From: Candidatus Daviesbacteria bacterium
GTDB lineage: Bacteria > Patescibacteriota > Microgenomatia > Daviesbacterales > UBA10151
Direction of reading: 5' to 3'
Assembly: GCA_030648435.1 (NCBI GenBank)
Contig: JAUSHE010000024.1
Coordinates: 1-63,698 of the forward strand
DNA: 63,698 nt
The notes under the pieces are model-generated. The model was not told the origin of the DNA. It saw only the letters and a program-made list of their open reading frames with translations, and did no database searches. This document shows positions 16,011 through 24,497 of the stretch, one piece after another. The position numbers and the translations under genes were made by a program. Positions within the stretch are counted from its first letter, which is position 1. Every line of letters begins with the position of its first letter.

Positions 16011-17267
16011 TCAAGTTCCTTCATGCCAGGAGGCTAAATACTTTTTTTGTTCCTCAGTTAAAGTATCTATGGAAATGCCCAAGGATTTAAGTTTTAACTG
16101 GGCAATCATATCATCTAACTCCTTTGGCACAGTATAAACACCTGGTTTTAGTTTGCCTTTATTTTTCACCAGAAACTCTGCTGCCAAAGCCTGGTTGGCA
16201 AAGGACATATCCATGACATCAGGCGGATGACCTTCTGCTGAGGCTAAGTTAATCAGCCTGCCTTCACCTAAAACAAAGATCTTTTTGTTATCCTCCAAAG
16301 TTATTTCTTCCAGATTATCCCGCAGGGTTCTTCTATTTTTGGCAATCTTGATTAGGCCTTCATAGTCAAATTCCACATTAAAGTGTCCTGTATTGGCTAC
16401 AATCGCGCCATTTTTCATTTTTTGAAAATGAGCAACAGATATAACTGTTTTATTACCGGTGGCAGTACAGATTATATCGGCAATTTTGACTGCCTGGTCT
16501 ATGGGCATAACATCAAACCCGTCCATGGTAGCTTCCAAAGCCTTGAGCGGGTTTACTTCTGTGACTATCACTAAAGATCCCATGCCCCTAGCCCGCTGAG
16601 CCAAGCCCCTGCCGCACCAGCCATATCCTACTACCACGAATTTTTTTCCTGCCAAAAGTACATTAGTAGCTCTGATTATTCCGTCAATGGTGGATTGGCC
16701 TGTGCCGTATCTATTGTCAAACATATGCTTGGTAGGCGAATCATTGACTGCCATCACCGGAATTTTGAGTGTCCCGTCTTTTAACATGGCCCGAAGCCGG
16801 ATAACCCCTGTGGTTGTTTCCTCTGATGAGCCGATTACGTCTTTAAGCTGGGAGACTTTTTCTGTGTGGAGTAAAGTGACCAGGTCTGCCCCGTCATCCA
16901 TGGTGATTTGCGGGTGAAAATCCATGACAGTGTTGAGGTGTTTATAATATGTATCTTTATCTTCGCCGCGGATAGCAAAAGTGGGGATCCCAAAATCTTC
17001 TATCAGGGAGGCAGCCACATCGTCCTGGGTGGAGAGAGGGTTAGAGGCACAAAGAGCCAAATTTGCTCCCCCTGCTTTTAAGGTAGTCATAAGATTGGCA
17101 GTTTCAGAGGTGACATGTAAACAAGCTCCGAGGGTAATTCCTTCAAGCGGTTTTTCTATGGCAAAACGTCTCTTAATTAGTTCCAAAACTTTCATTTGGG
17201 AACCTGCCCATTCAATTTTTAATTTGCCCTTAGGTGCCAAATTTTTATCCTTAATATCAGATTTCAT
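16011..17267 (-). CDS. ahcY: adenosylhomocysteinase
   Basis: [17 protein letters not shown] site [18 protein letters not shown]. Confidence 0.95.
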   Translation of the reverse strand: MKSDIKDKNLAPKGKLKIEWAGSQMKVLELIKRRFAIEKPLEGITLGACLHVTSETANLMTTLKAGGANLALCASNPLSTQDDVAASLIEDFGIPTFAIRGEDKDTYYKHLNTVMDFHPQITMDDGADLVTLLHTEKVSQLKDVIGSSEETTTGVIRLRAMLKDGTLKIPVMAVNDSPTKHMFDNRYGTGQSTIDGIIRATNVLLAGKKFVVVGYGWCGRGLAQRARGMGSLVIVTEVNPLKALEATMDGFDVMPIDQAVKIADIICTATGNKTVISVAHFQKMKNGAIVANTGHFNVEFDYEGLIKIAKNRRTLRDNLEEITLEDNKKIFVLGEGRLINLASAEGHPPDVMDMSFANQALAAEFLVKNKGKLKPGVYTVPKELDDMIAQLKLKSLGISIDTLTEEQKKYLASWHEGT

Positions 17268-18193
17268 ACTTTTAGTTCTTCTCCAAAATTTTCCTTATAT
17301 CTTTTACAAAAACCTTCAACAGTAAAAGTGTGACTAGTTGTACCATATTTTTCAACGGCGTAGCAAGCAGCAGCCGACCCCATTTGTCCGCATGTTTTTA
17401 GGTCTAAACTCTTTAAAAAGCCGGTCAAAAATCCGGCTCGATAAGCATCACCCGCACCCGTCGGGTCAACCGCTTGGATTACTTTTCCGGCATTAATTTG
17501 TAGATTTTGATCTTTAGTTTGTATCGTTGATCCCTTTTCTCCCAAAGTAGTGATTAAAATTCCAACATTTTCCAATAGTTTGTCACTTGTTTCTTGTATC
17601 TTGTCTCTTAATAGCGCTATCTCATAATCATTACCAATTAAAATATCTGCATCTTTTACCATATTTTTTAAATCATCAGAACTGAGTGAGGGTAGCTGCA
17701 TGCCAGGGTCAAGCATATACTTAATGCTTTTATCCTGACATTGTTTGGTAAATTTAACCATGGCCTCAGGGTTATTGGGGGAGATAACTGCCAAATCAGT
17801 TTTAATATTATCCAGTGATAAAGAAGGAGCTTCATTCATGGCTCCCGGATGAAAAGCTGTGATCTGGTTATCAGCTTTATCAGTCATAATGTAAGCGGAA
17901 GAGGTAGAATCCTCAGAGATTTTGATTTGAGAGGTATCTACACCTGCTTGTTGTAAAAACTTCCCATATTCTGAAAAATCAGGGCCGGCAATCCCTAAAA
18001 TTGCCACCGGATTTTTTAACAGGGCTAAATTATAGGCAATGTTGCCGGCAGTACCGCCTCTTTGTTTTTTTAAGGTATTTACCAAAAAAGAGAGGTTTAT
18101 CTGGTGGATTTTATCCGGCATGATATGGTCTGCAAAAAGACCGGGAAAGTCCATAATATGATCAAAAGCCAAAGATCCTGTAACTGTTATCAT
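17264..18193 (-). CDS. PfkB-family kinase, probably adenosine kinase
   Basis: [10 protein letters not shown] and [17 protein letters not shown] overlap with ahcY. Start trimmed to MITVTGS; the upstream 18 codons are heptamer-repeat read-through. Confidence 0.75.
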   Translation of the reverse strand: MITVTGSLAFDHIMDFPGLFADHIMPDKIHQINLSFLVNTLKKQRGGTAGNIAYNLALLKNPVAILGIAGPDFSEYGKFLQQAGVDTSQIKISEDSTSSAYIMTDKADNQITAFHPGAMNEAPSLSLDNIKTDLAVISPNNPEAMVKFTKQCQDKSIKYMLDPGMQLPSLSSDDLKNMVKDADILIGNDYEIALLRDKIQETSDKLLENVGILITTLGEKGSTIQTKDQNLQINAGKVIQAVDPTGAGDAYRAGFLTGFLKSLDLKTCGQMGSAAACYAVEKYGTTSHTFTVEGFCKRYKENFGEELKV

Positions 18194-18201
18194 TTTAAAT
18201 C

Positions 18202-18232
18202 TAGTATATCGTATATGGTTTATCGTGTATCG
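18202..18232. repeat. left direct repeat flanking the four-helix-bundle gene
   Basis: TAGTATATCGTATATGGTTTATCGTGTATCG; 28/31 identical to 18624-18654. Built of ATCG-type heptamers. Confidence 0.85.
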
Positions 18233-18256
18233 TAAAGAGCGAATCAACCCTACTTA

Positions 18257-18616
18257 TCATTTATCGGATTTCAAGAATTTTTTATATGATCGTATTTTAC
18301 GAATTATTTTTTCAGCTTCTTCATAGAGTTGATTCCGGATAGTTTCATCTAAATAATTTAGCTCAAATGCTATCTGTGTTTCTGAAGTAGTTTCAAGAGC
18401 TGATTTAATTGCAATATCTAAATAATGCAGTTTATCATTAAGGCTACTAGCTCCCGAACCCTCTGCAATATTAGCTGAGACTGATACAGCAGCTCTACGT
18501 AGCTGATTAGTTAGTCCGTAAATTTCAGACTTTGGAAATTTATCAGTTACTTTATAAACAGTACGAGCGTATTCTATAGCGAGTTTCCAAATATCGAGTG
18601 ATTCGTAAGCGAACAT
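18257..18616 (-). CDS. four-helix-bundle protein (23S rRNA IVS / S23 / Avd-like family)
   Basis: Signature FPKSEIYGLTNQLRRAAVSVSANIAEG. Start trimmed to MFAYESLDIWK. Confidence 0.8.
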   Translation of the reverse strand: MFAYESLDIWKLAIEYARTVYKVTDKFPKSEIYGLTNQLRRAAVSVSANIAEGSGASSLNDKLHYLDIAIKSALETTSETQIAFELNYLDETIRNQLYEEAEKIIRKIRSYKKFLKSDK

Positions 18617-18623
18617 CAAATAA

Positions 18624-18654
18624 TAGTATATCGTATATTGATTATCGTTTATCG
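18624..18654. repeat. right direct repeat flanking the four-helix-bundle gene
   Basis: TAGTATATCGTATATTGATTATCGTTTATCG. Confidence 0.85.
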
Positions 18655-18696
18655 GGTAATGAAAATGTAGCAATCCAATATTCGAAAAATGAAATG

Positions 18697-18762
18697 TTAC
18701 GATGTGCGATTTACAATTTACGATATTCGATATACGAAGAACGAAGTATTACGATAAACGAT
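18697..18762. repeat. degenerate heptamer array (about 9 units, NNNCGAW)
   Basis: TTACGAT GTGCGAT TTACAAT TTACGAT ATTCGAT ATACGAA GAACGAA (gta) TTACGAT AAACGAT. Confidence 0.8.
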
Positions 18763-20483
18763 TATTGTGTTCCTACCAGATATACTGCCTGCCAGGGTTT
18801 ATAGGCAGATCTCCAGGTTTCATTGATTAAAGTTTCACCACCTCTGGTAACTGTTCTTCTAAATGAAACAGTTGCTCCCCAGGCTGCCCAGTCCACTTGT
18901 TTAACTGTACCTTTTGGTAAGGTTGGGTCATCTTGCCTAAGTTCCGGAGGCGGAGGAGTTTGATTGCTTACTACTGGCTTACTTAAAGATACAGTCCTGC
19001 CATCAGAGGTACCATAGAGATCAACATATAGAGTGATTCCTGAGGTATAGGCCTGGATTAAAATATGGGCTGAGGTATCATTTTTAAACTTAAAATCCAC
19101 ACTTGGGTAAAAAACAGTGGCATCCAGCCCCGGAGGAAAGCCCTGCTCATAATAACCTACCCTGTAGGCATGGGCGGTTCTCGCCACCACCGGCAGTCCG
19201 GCATTTAACACTGCCCTAAATAAAGTAGTGGAATCCTGGCAAACACCGCCTCCGTCATCTAAAACAGTCCTGCCTTCTTTAATCACATATGCTTGTTTAT
19301 AACCGGTGGCTGCAGACACGTCACCGATGGTTTGATTAAAAGAGAATATCTCTCCCGGCGGGACCAGTACTCCGTTAATTCTTGAAGCAGTAAGCACTAC
19401 GTTGTAAATTCTATTGGGGATCGAACCGGCAAAATTGGAAATACCCTGGCCCAGCAGCTCTTTGATTCCTAAGGAATTTACATCAGATGTTAATATTTTT
19501 GGTTTAATAATCTCAACCGGTAAAGGAATAGTTTTAGAAGAAGGATTAGTTAGTGTATCAGAGATAAGATCAATGGTTTTTTGGACGTCTAATTTCTGGC
19601 CATCCCGGGACGGTTTAAAAGCCGCCACTCTTTTAGTTTGAGGATTAAATTCAAATAAACCTTCCTGGACATCCTGATCTATTCCGGAGGCAATATTTTT
19701 TAAATAAGCTATAGTTTGGTCTTCATCCAGAAGTAAACCCTCTCCTTTAGTTAAATCAAGTAAAGTCAGTAGTTGTTTGGTATCCAAAACCCAGGTATTT
19801 TCACTAAAAGTCAATTTAATGGGTTCTTTAGTAATAGCTTCCAAAGCTGCTTTGGCACGCACTACAAAAGCAGTGGTTATTTTGGGTGGGGCAATTTTTA
19901 GAGATAACCAACGGTTATATTTGCCGGTTAAAAGATAGTCTGCAATTTGGCTTTTGACGGCCTCTTTATCAAGCATTAATCCGTCTACTCCCTCTTTGAT
20001 CTGAATTCTGGCTGATCCGGTACTTTCATCAAAAAAAAGCTGGGCATTTTCAGGTTGTCTGTTTACGGTAGAGGCTATTTTTTCCAGTTGCTTATCTAAA
20101 GATAGGCTCACCTTTGGGCGGATATTTGATTTGGAAAAAAAAGTGGAAAACCCTCTGTGGCTATTATCAAAATCTGCAGTGATAGCAGAATAATCTAATG
20201 CAGCAGAAGCAGTGGCTAGATCCAAAGCCATAGAGTCCTGGGCGTAGTCAAAGGATATTTTTTGACCGGCTCTTTGTTGAAAAGTTGACTCCACAGCTCT
20301 GATGGCTTGGCCACGGGTTAAAAAAGAAATGTTAATGCTGCCAACAAATGTGAGCGGGTAATATTTATCCAACATTATTACTTGATAAGTCACACCGAGT
20401 AATATCAACAGCAATATTGATAAAATAATTGGCAATAAAGCAAGTTTGTTGCTTCGCAATAAAGCAAGTTTGTTGCTTCGCAA
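18762..20483 (-). CDS. VanW-family protein with N-terminal TM anchor
   Basis: GGGVCQDSTTLFRAVLNAGLP VanW motif. Start uncertain: the ORF track gives 20573, but TTG at 20483 or 20459 avoids overlap with the divergent gene. Confidence 0.75.
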   Translation of the reverse strand: MRSNKLALLRSNKLALLPIILSILLLILLGVTYQVIMLDKYYPLTFVGSINISFLTRGQAIRAVESTFQQRAGQKISFDYAQDSMALDLATASAALDYSAITADFDNSHRGFSTFFSKSNIRPKVSLSLDKQLEKIASTVNRQPENAQLFFDESTGSARIQIKEGVDGLMLDKEAVKSQIADYLLTGKYNRWLSLKIAPPKITTAFVVRAKAALEAITKEPIKLTFSENTWVLDTKQLLTLLDLTKGEGLLLDEDQTIAYLKNIASGIDQDVQEGLFEFNPQTKRVAAFKPSRDGQKLDVQKTIDLISDTLTNPSSKTIPLPVEIIKPKILTSDVNSLGIKELLGQGISNFAGSIPNRIYNVVLTASRINGVLVPPGEIFSFNQTIGDVSAATGYKQAYVIKEGRTVLDDGGGVCQDSTTLFRAVLNAGLPVVARTAHAYRVGYYEQGFPPGLDATVFYPSVDFKFKNDTSAHILIQAYTSGITLYVDLYGTSDGRTVSLSKPVVSNQTPPPPELRQDDPTLPKGTVKQVDWAAWGATVSFRRTVTRGGETLINETWRSAYKPWQAVYLVGTQ

Positions 20484-20487
20484 TAAA
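20432..20487. repeat. 24-bp perfect tandem repeat x2.3
   Basis: GCAATAAAGCAAGTTTGTTGCTTC twice, then GCAATAAA. Each unit contains the AAGCAA/TTGCTT inverted repeat. Confidence 0.9.
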
Positions 20488-20535
20488 TCTCTTTTCTTCT
20501 TCGCTTTGGCCACGGTGGTATTGTACAATACTATC

Positions 20536-21843
20536 GTGAAGAAAATAATAATTATTGCTTTAAGTTTGGCCATTGTTTTAGGATTTATTTTTTGGAAGTT
20601 CGGACCTAATATCTCTTTCTTTAATAAACCTAAAGTTTCGGGACCAATAATTTTAACTTATTGGGGGCTGTGGGAGGATGATAATTTGATAAAGCCCGTA
20701 TTGGCCGAGTATCAAAAACTGCATCCTAATATCATTATTAATTATGAGCGTAAATCTTCTGTAAATTATAGAACCCGCGTCCAAACTCAAATTCGGGAAG
20801 GTGTGGGACCGGATATTTTCAGGATTCATAATTCCTGGTTGCCAATGTTTACATCAGAACTTGCTTCTTCTCCTGAGGATGTGTTTACGAGCGCAGATTT
20901 TAAAAGTATGTTTTATCCGGTCGCTGCCGATAGTTTTATTAAAGGAAGTCAAATTTACGGTGCGCCAATGGAAGTGGATGGGCTGGCGCTTTTCTATAAC
21001 GAAGATATGTTAAATGCAATTGGTGGTAAACCTCCCAAAAACTGGCAGGAATTCATAGATTTGGCCACAAAAATGACGGTCAAAGATGCGACAGGCATCA
21101 AAACAGCAGGCGCGGCAATGGGTACTGCCGGCAATGTTGACCATTGGTCTGATATCCTGGGACTTTTAATGCTGCAGCAGCCAAGTGTTGATGTAAGTAA
21201 TGTTGCCAGTCCGCAAATGGTGGAAGTGCTGCGGTTTTATACCGGTTTTGTAATAGATCCAAAGAAAAAAACATGGGACGCAAATTTACCGAAATCAACG
21301 GATATGTTTGCCCAAGGCAGGTTGGGATTTTATTTCGCTCCCTCCTGGCGGGCTCATGAATTACGTGTGGCAAACCCAAATTTAAAATTTAAAGTTACAC
21401 CGGTGCCGCAACTTTCCGGTAAGATTGTTAGTTGGGCCAGTTTCTGGGGAGAAGTGGTTTCTGCAAAATCAAAGAATCCCGCTGAAGCCTGGAAGTTTGT
21501 TAAATTTTTGACTTCTGCGGAAACTGAAAAATTACTCTTTCAGCAAGCTTCACAAGTCAGGCTGTTTGGTGAGCCATATTCACAAAAGAGCTTAGCTGGG
21601 GAACTGGTACAGGATCCTATCGTAGGGGCATTTGTCGCCCAGGGACCTGGTTATAAATTCTGGTATTTAGCATCGAATACTTTTGATAACGGGATAAACG
21701 ATGAAATGATTAAATATTTCGAAGACGGGATTAATGCAACACTGGCCGGAACCGATCCGGCAATGGCTCTGCAGACAGTTGATAAAGGCGTAAAACAGGT
21801 TTTGGATAAATATACCAGACCTCAATCGGTTAGTTCACCGTAA
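20536..21843 (+). CDS. extracellular solute-binding protein (ABC transporter, family 1, sugar-type)
   Basis: Signal/TM VKKIIIIALSLAIVLGF from GTG 20536. Periplasmic-binding-protein-like body. Confidence 0.7.
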   Translation: MKKIIIIALSLAIVLGFIFWKFGPNISFFNKPKVSGPIILTYWGLWEDDNLIKPVLAEYQKLHPNIIINYERKSSVNYRTRVQTQIREGVGPDIFRIHNSWLPMFTSELASSPEDVFTSADFKSMFYPVAADSFIKGSQIYGAPMEVDGLALFYNEDMLNAIGGKPPKNWQEFIDLATKMTVKDATGIKTAGAAMGTAGNVDHWSDILGLLMLQQPSVDVSNVASPQMVEVLRFYTGFVIDPKKKTWDANLPKSTDMFAQGRLGFYFAPSWRAHELRVANPNLKFKVTPVPQLSGKIVSWASFWGEVVSAKSKNPAEAWKFVKFLTSAETEKLLFQQASQVRLFGEPYSQKSLAGELVQDPIVGAFVAQGPGYKFWYLASNTFDNGINDEMIKYFEDGINATLAGTDPAMALQTVDKGVKQVLDKYTRPQSVSSP

Positions 21844-21846
21844 ATT

Positions 21847-22164
21847 ATGTTTAAAATTATCACTTTTGTGCCGGTTACTGATGCAGAGAAAGTAAGGATG
21901 GCTATGGGGGATGCAGGGGCAGGAGTTTTGGGAAATTACACCCATGCCAGCTTTTCTACCAAGGGTGTGGGAAGGTTTATTCCGAGTGAAGGAGCCCATC
22001 CTACGATTGGTCAAGTGGGGAAATTAGAAGAAGTAGAAGAAGAAAGGATTGAAGTAATTTGTGAGAAAGAAAATGTAACAGCTGTGGTGACAGCAATTAA
22101 AAAAGTCCATCCCTACGAAGAGGTTCCCCTGGAAATATATAATTTAGTTGAGGTCCCAAGGTAA
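21847..22164 (+). CDS. NIF3/YqfO-insert-like (PII-fold) small protein
   Basis: Pattern FVPVTDAEKVRMAMGDAGAG..GNYTHASF...G..HPTIG...EEERIEV recalls the YqfO cap domain. Confidence 0.45.
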   Translation: MFKIITFVPVTDAEKVRMAMGDAGAGVLGNYTHASFSTKGVGRFIPSEGAHPTIGQVGKLEEVEEERIEVICEKENVTAVVTAIKKVHPYEEVPLEIYNLVEVPR

Positions 22165-23064
22165 GTTAATCAGTTGGACTTCGGGGACAAGGGTGATGTC
22201 GTATTTTTCTTTGACTTTCTCTGCGTAAGTTTTAGCCAAATCATAAAAATCTTTGGCAGTCCCATTATCTTTATTTATAAATAAGTTGCCATGAATAGGT
22301 GAAATTTCTATGCCATTTAAAGATTGCCCTTTGGCTCCTACCTCTTCCAGCAATGCTCCGGCAGAAAGTTTGCCGTAGACAATTTTTTCTTGGGGGATAT
22401 TATTCAAGATTTCTTCCGGAATTTCAGAAGCAATTAAATTTTTGAAAAAACTACCCGGGCATTTAATTCCCGGGGGATATCTAACAGCTCTTTTAGATAA
22501 TACTTCTTCTGCTTCTTTTTTGAGTATGTCAGGATCACCTGGTTCCAGTTGAAAAGTTACTTCTAAGATAGGTTGCTTGGATTGTTTAAAAATGCTGTTT
22601 CTGTAACCAAAAGCACATCCAGACTTGTTTAATTGATCAACGGATACAATATGATCGGAAATTGATTGGCCATAAGCTCCGGCATTGCCATAAACTGCCC
22701 CTCCAACAGTACCGGGAATTCCGGTTAGTTTTTGTAATCCGGAAAGTCCATTTTGAATGGTGTAGTCAACAAGGTTTTGTAAAAGAGTTCCACTCTTAAC
22801 GCACACCTCGAAGGAGTCAGGGCCCACCTTCGAGGTGGACAAATCACAAATCTCATTTTTTATAACTAAGCCTTCGAATCCGTCATCACTGATTAATAAA
22901 TTACTACCTCCACCGATAATTAAATACGGCATCTGTTGGGATTTGGCATATTCTAATGCTTCTATTAACTCTTCCTCGGAAGATACAATTACAAACTTTT
23001 TAGCCGGCCCGCCTATAGATAATGTAGTTATTGTTTTTAACAAATAATTATCTTCAAATTGCAT
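22144..23064 (-). CDS. murB: UDP-N-acetylenolpyruvoylglucosamine reductase
   Basis: FAD-binding IIGGGSNLLISD, GIPGTVGGAVYGNAGAYG, SFFKN. Confidence 0.9.
   Translation of the reverse strand: MQFEDNYLLKTITTLSIGGPAKKFVIVSSEEELIEALEYAKSQQMPYLIIGGGSNLLISDDGFEGLVIKNEICDLSTSKVGPDSFEVCVKSGTLLQNLVDYTIQNGLSGLQKLTGIPGTVGGAVYGNAGAYGQSISDHIVSVDQLNKSGCAFGYRNSIFKQSKQPILEVTFQLEPGDPDILKKEAEEVLSKRAVRYPPGIKCPGSFFKNLIASEIPEEILNNIPQEKIVYGKLSAGALLEEVGAKGQSLNGIEISPIHGNLFINKDNGTAKDFYDLAKTYAEKVKEKYDITLVPEVQLINLPWDLN
22804..22837. repeat. family-A hairpin element, copy 2 (inside murB, loop inverted)
   Basis: CACCTCGAAGG AGTCAGGGCCCA CCTTCGAGGTG. Confidence 0.9.
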
Positions 23065-23094
23065 GTGGTTAATTATACATGGTAGATTAGCAGT

Positions 23095-23940
23095 ATGGAA
23101 AAAGCTATATTAAAAACCCTAATTTACGCTGATATTTTTGATTATCCGTTAAAGATTAATGAAATTCATAAATGGTTAATAGCTAAAAAGGCAACTCTTA
23201 GACAGATAGAGAAAGTGTTGAAGGGTTATAAGAAATATTATTTTTTACCAAAACGCGGGAATTTAGTTTTGCAAAGACTCCGTAAAGAAAAACAATCTGT
23301 TGTTTATTTTAGAAAAGCAAAAATTCTTTCGCAAATTTTAAAGTTAATTCCCTGGATAAAACTGGTTGGAATTTCCGGAGGGCTGGCTATTAATAATGCC
23401 GGGAAAAGTGATGATATTGATTTGTTTATTATCACAAGAAAAGACCGTTTGTGGCTTTGTCGATTGTTGTGTTTGGGGTTACTGTCACTAACCGGTCAAA
23501 GAAGGAAAGTTACAGATACAGGCAGAAAAATTGCCGGTAAGCTGTGCCTTAATATCTTATTGGAGGAAGATAAGCTGGAACAAAAGTATAAAGATATTTT
23601 TGTGGCGCATGAAGTATTGCAGATGAAAGTTTTATGGCAAAGGAATGGAATTTATTCAAAGTATTTGGCAGACAACAATTGGGCTTTCAAATTTTTACCT
23701 AATTGGATGGGAGCACAAGTTCAAAGTTCTTCACCAAAGGCGAATCATCCTCTGGATGAAAAATTCAAAATTATTGATTTTTTTGAGAACTTAGCTAAGA
23801 AATTTCAGCTCAAGATTATGCAGACACCAATGGGTTTAGAGAGGATCGAAGACGGCGCGCTCTATTTCCATCCTGATGATATCAGAGAGGAAATTTTAAA
23901 AAAATATAATCAGTCCTTGACAAGTAGTGCTAGTTTTTGA
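23095..23940 (+). CDS. nucleotidyltransferase-fold hypothetical protein
   Basis: GISGGLAINNAGKSDDIDLFII (GS...DxD pattern). Confidence 0.45.
   Translation: MEKAILKTLIYADIFDYPLKINEIHKWLIAKKATLRQIEKVLKGYKKYYFLPKRGNLVLQRLRKEKQSVVYFRKAKILSQILKLIPWIKLVGISGGLAINNAGKSDDIDLFIITRKDRLWLCRLLCLGLLSLTGQRRKVTDTGRKIAGKLCLNILLEEDKLEQKYKDIFVAHEVLQMKVLWQRNGIYSKYLADNNWAFKFLPNWMGAQVQSSSPKANHPLDEKFKIIDFFENLAKKFQLKIMQTPMGLERIEDGALYFHPDDIREEILKKYNQSLTSSASF
23907..23933 (+). promoter_or_regulatory. CIRCE-like operator variant upstream of groES
   Basis: TAATCAGTC-N9-TAGTGCTAG versus consensus TTAGCACTC-N9-GAGTGCTAA. Shares CAGTC-N9-TAGTGC with the hrcA site. Confidence 0.4.
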
Positions 23941-23946
23941 TATAAA
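23917..23946 (+). promoter_or_regulatory. groES-groEL promoter
   Basis: TTGACA-N17/18-(A)TATAA(A), 11 nt before the groES ATG. Confidence 0.55.
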
Positions 23947-23956
23947 CCATTCCCAT

Positions 23957-24277
23957 ATGGCAAAACAAAAAAATACGGAATCTAAAATAAGCGTCAAACC
24001 CTTAATGGGTTATGTGCTGGTTGAGCCTTCTGAGGCAGAGACTAAAACCTTATCCGGTATTATCCTGCCGGAATCAGCCCAGGAAAAACCGGCTCAGGGT
24101 AAAGTGGTAGCTTGCGGAGATGAAATGGTGATGGAAAACGGTAAGGTCGTGAAGTGTCCGGTTAAACTGGGAGATAAAGTGGTTTATAAAAAATGGGGCG
24201 GGGATGAAATAAAAGTTGACGGGAAAGAATTAAAACTTGTAAAATTCGACGACCTGATGGCAATTTTGGAAGGATAA
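23957..24277 (+). CDS. groES: co-chaperonin GroES
   Basis: VKPLMGYVLVEP...GIILPESAQEKPAQGKVVACG. Start trimmed to MAKQKN. Confidence 0.95.
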   Translation: MAKQKNTESKISVKPLMGYVLVEPSEAETKTLSGIILPESAQEKPAQGKVVACGDEMVMENGKVVKCPVKLGDKVVYKKWGGDEIKVDGKELKLVKFDDLMAILEG

Positions 24278-24281
24278 AAAT

Positions 24282-24497
24282 ATGACAGAAGCATTTAAAA
24301 AAATACAACCAGTTGATACAGTTGATAGAATAAATGCAGCAAAACGATCTTTAAGGATACTAGGGGAGATAGGAGGTAAGCCTTGGACTGCTCTTCCTCT
24401 GTTTTCGCCAGGTAGGATAATAGGAAGACGTTTAGCAGATGAGGTTGTAGAGCTGACTATTGCTCTCCGCGATAGGGAAGGAAAAATAAGTGGCTAA
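24282..24497 (+). CDS. hypothetical 71-aa protein inserted between groES and groEL
   Basis: ATG 4 nt after the groES stop, preceded by GGAAGGA. Its 3' end overlaps the groEL GTG by 8 nt. No recognisable motif. Confidence 0.4.
   Translation: MTEAFKKIQPVDTVDRINAAKRSLRILGEIGGKPWTALPLFSPGRIIGRRLADEVVELTIALRDREGKISG

Larger units (their letters stand above)
18202..18654 (-). mobile_element. candidate mini-cassette: four-helix-bundle gene bracketed by 31-bp direct repeats
   Basis: Direct repeats 422 bp apart enclose only one small gene. No recombinase seen. Confidence 0.35.

Noticed and set aside
18194-18247. N-terminal extension of the kinase ORF (MIRSLRYTINHIRYTRFK), and similarly 18617-18673 for the four-helix-bundle ORF (…YTIYYYL)
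   Set aside because: These are read-through of heptamer repeats. The conserved protein sequence begins at the internal Met in both cases.
18257-18616. Diversity-generating retroelement, because the four-helix-bundle protein is Avd-like
   Set aside because: There is no reverse transcriptase ORF (no YxDD-type motif in any ORF of the window). I also found no template/variable repeat pair.
18697-18762. Possible CRISPR array
   Set aside because: The units are 7 nt long and contiguous, with no spacers, and no cas genes are nearby. This is not a CRISPR array.
20446-20535. N-terminal 30 codons of the solute-binding-protein ORF (MLLRNKASLLLRNK...)
   Set aside because: This is an artefact of reading the 24-bp tandem repeat on the plus strand, and it overlaps the divergent VanW ORF. 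GTG at 20536, followed by a signal-like peptide, is the more plausible start.
24420-24475. Hammerhead-like ribozyme in the groES-groEL insert (CAGATGAG followed by the AGAGC...GCTCT hairpin)
   Set aside because: The conserved core is missing: no CUGANGA...GAAA arrangement and no third stem. The resemblance is superficial.
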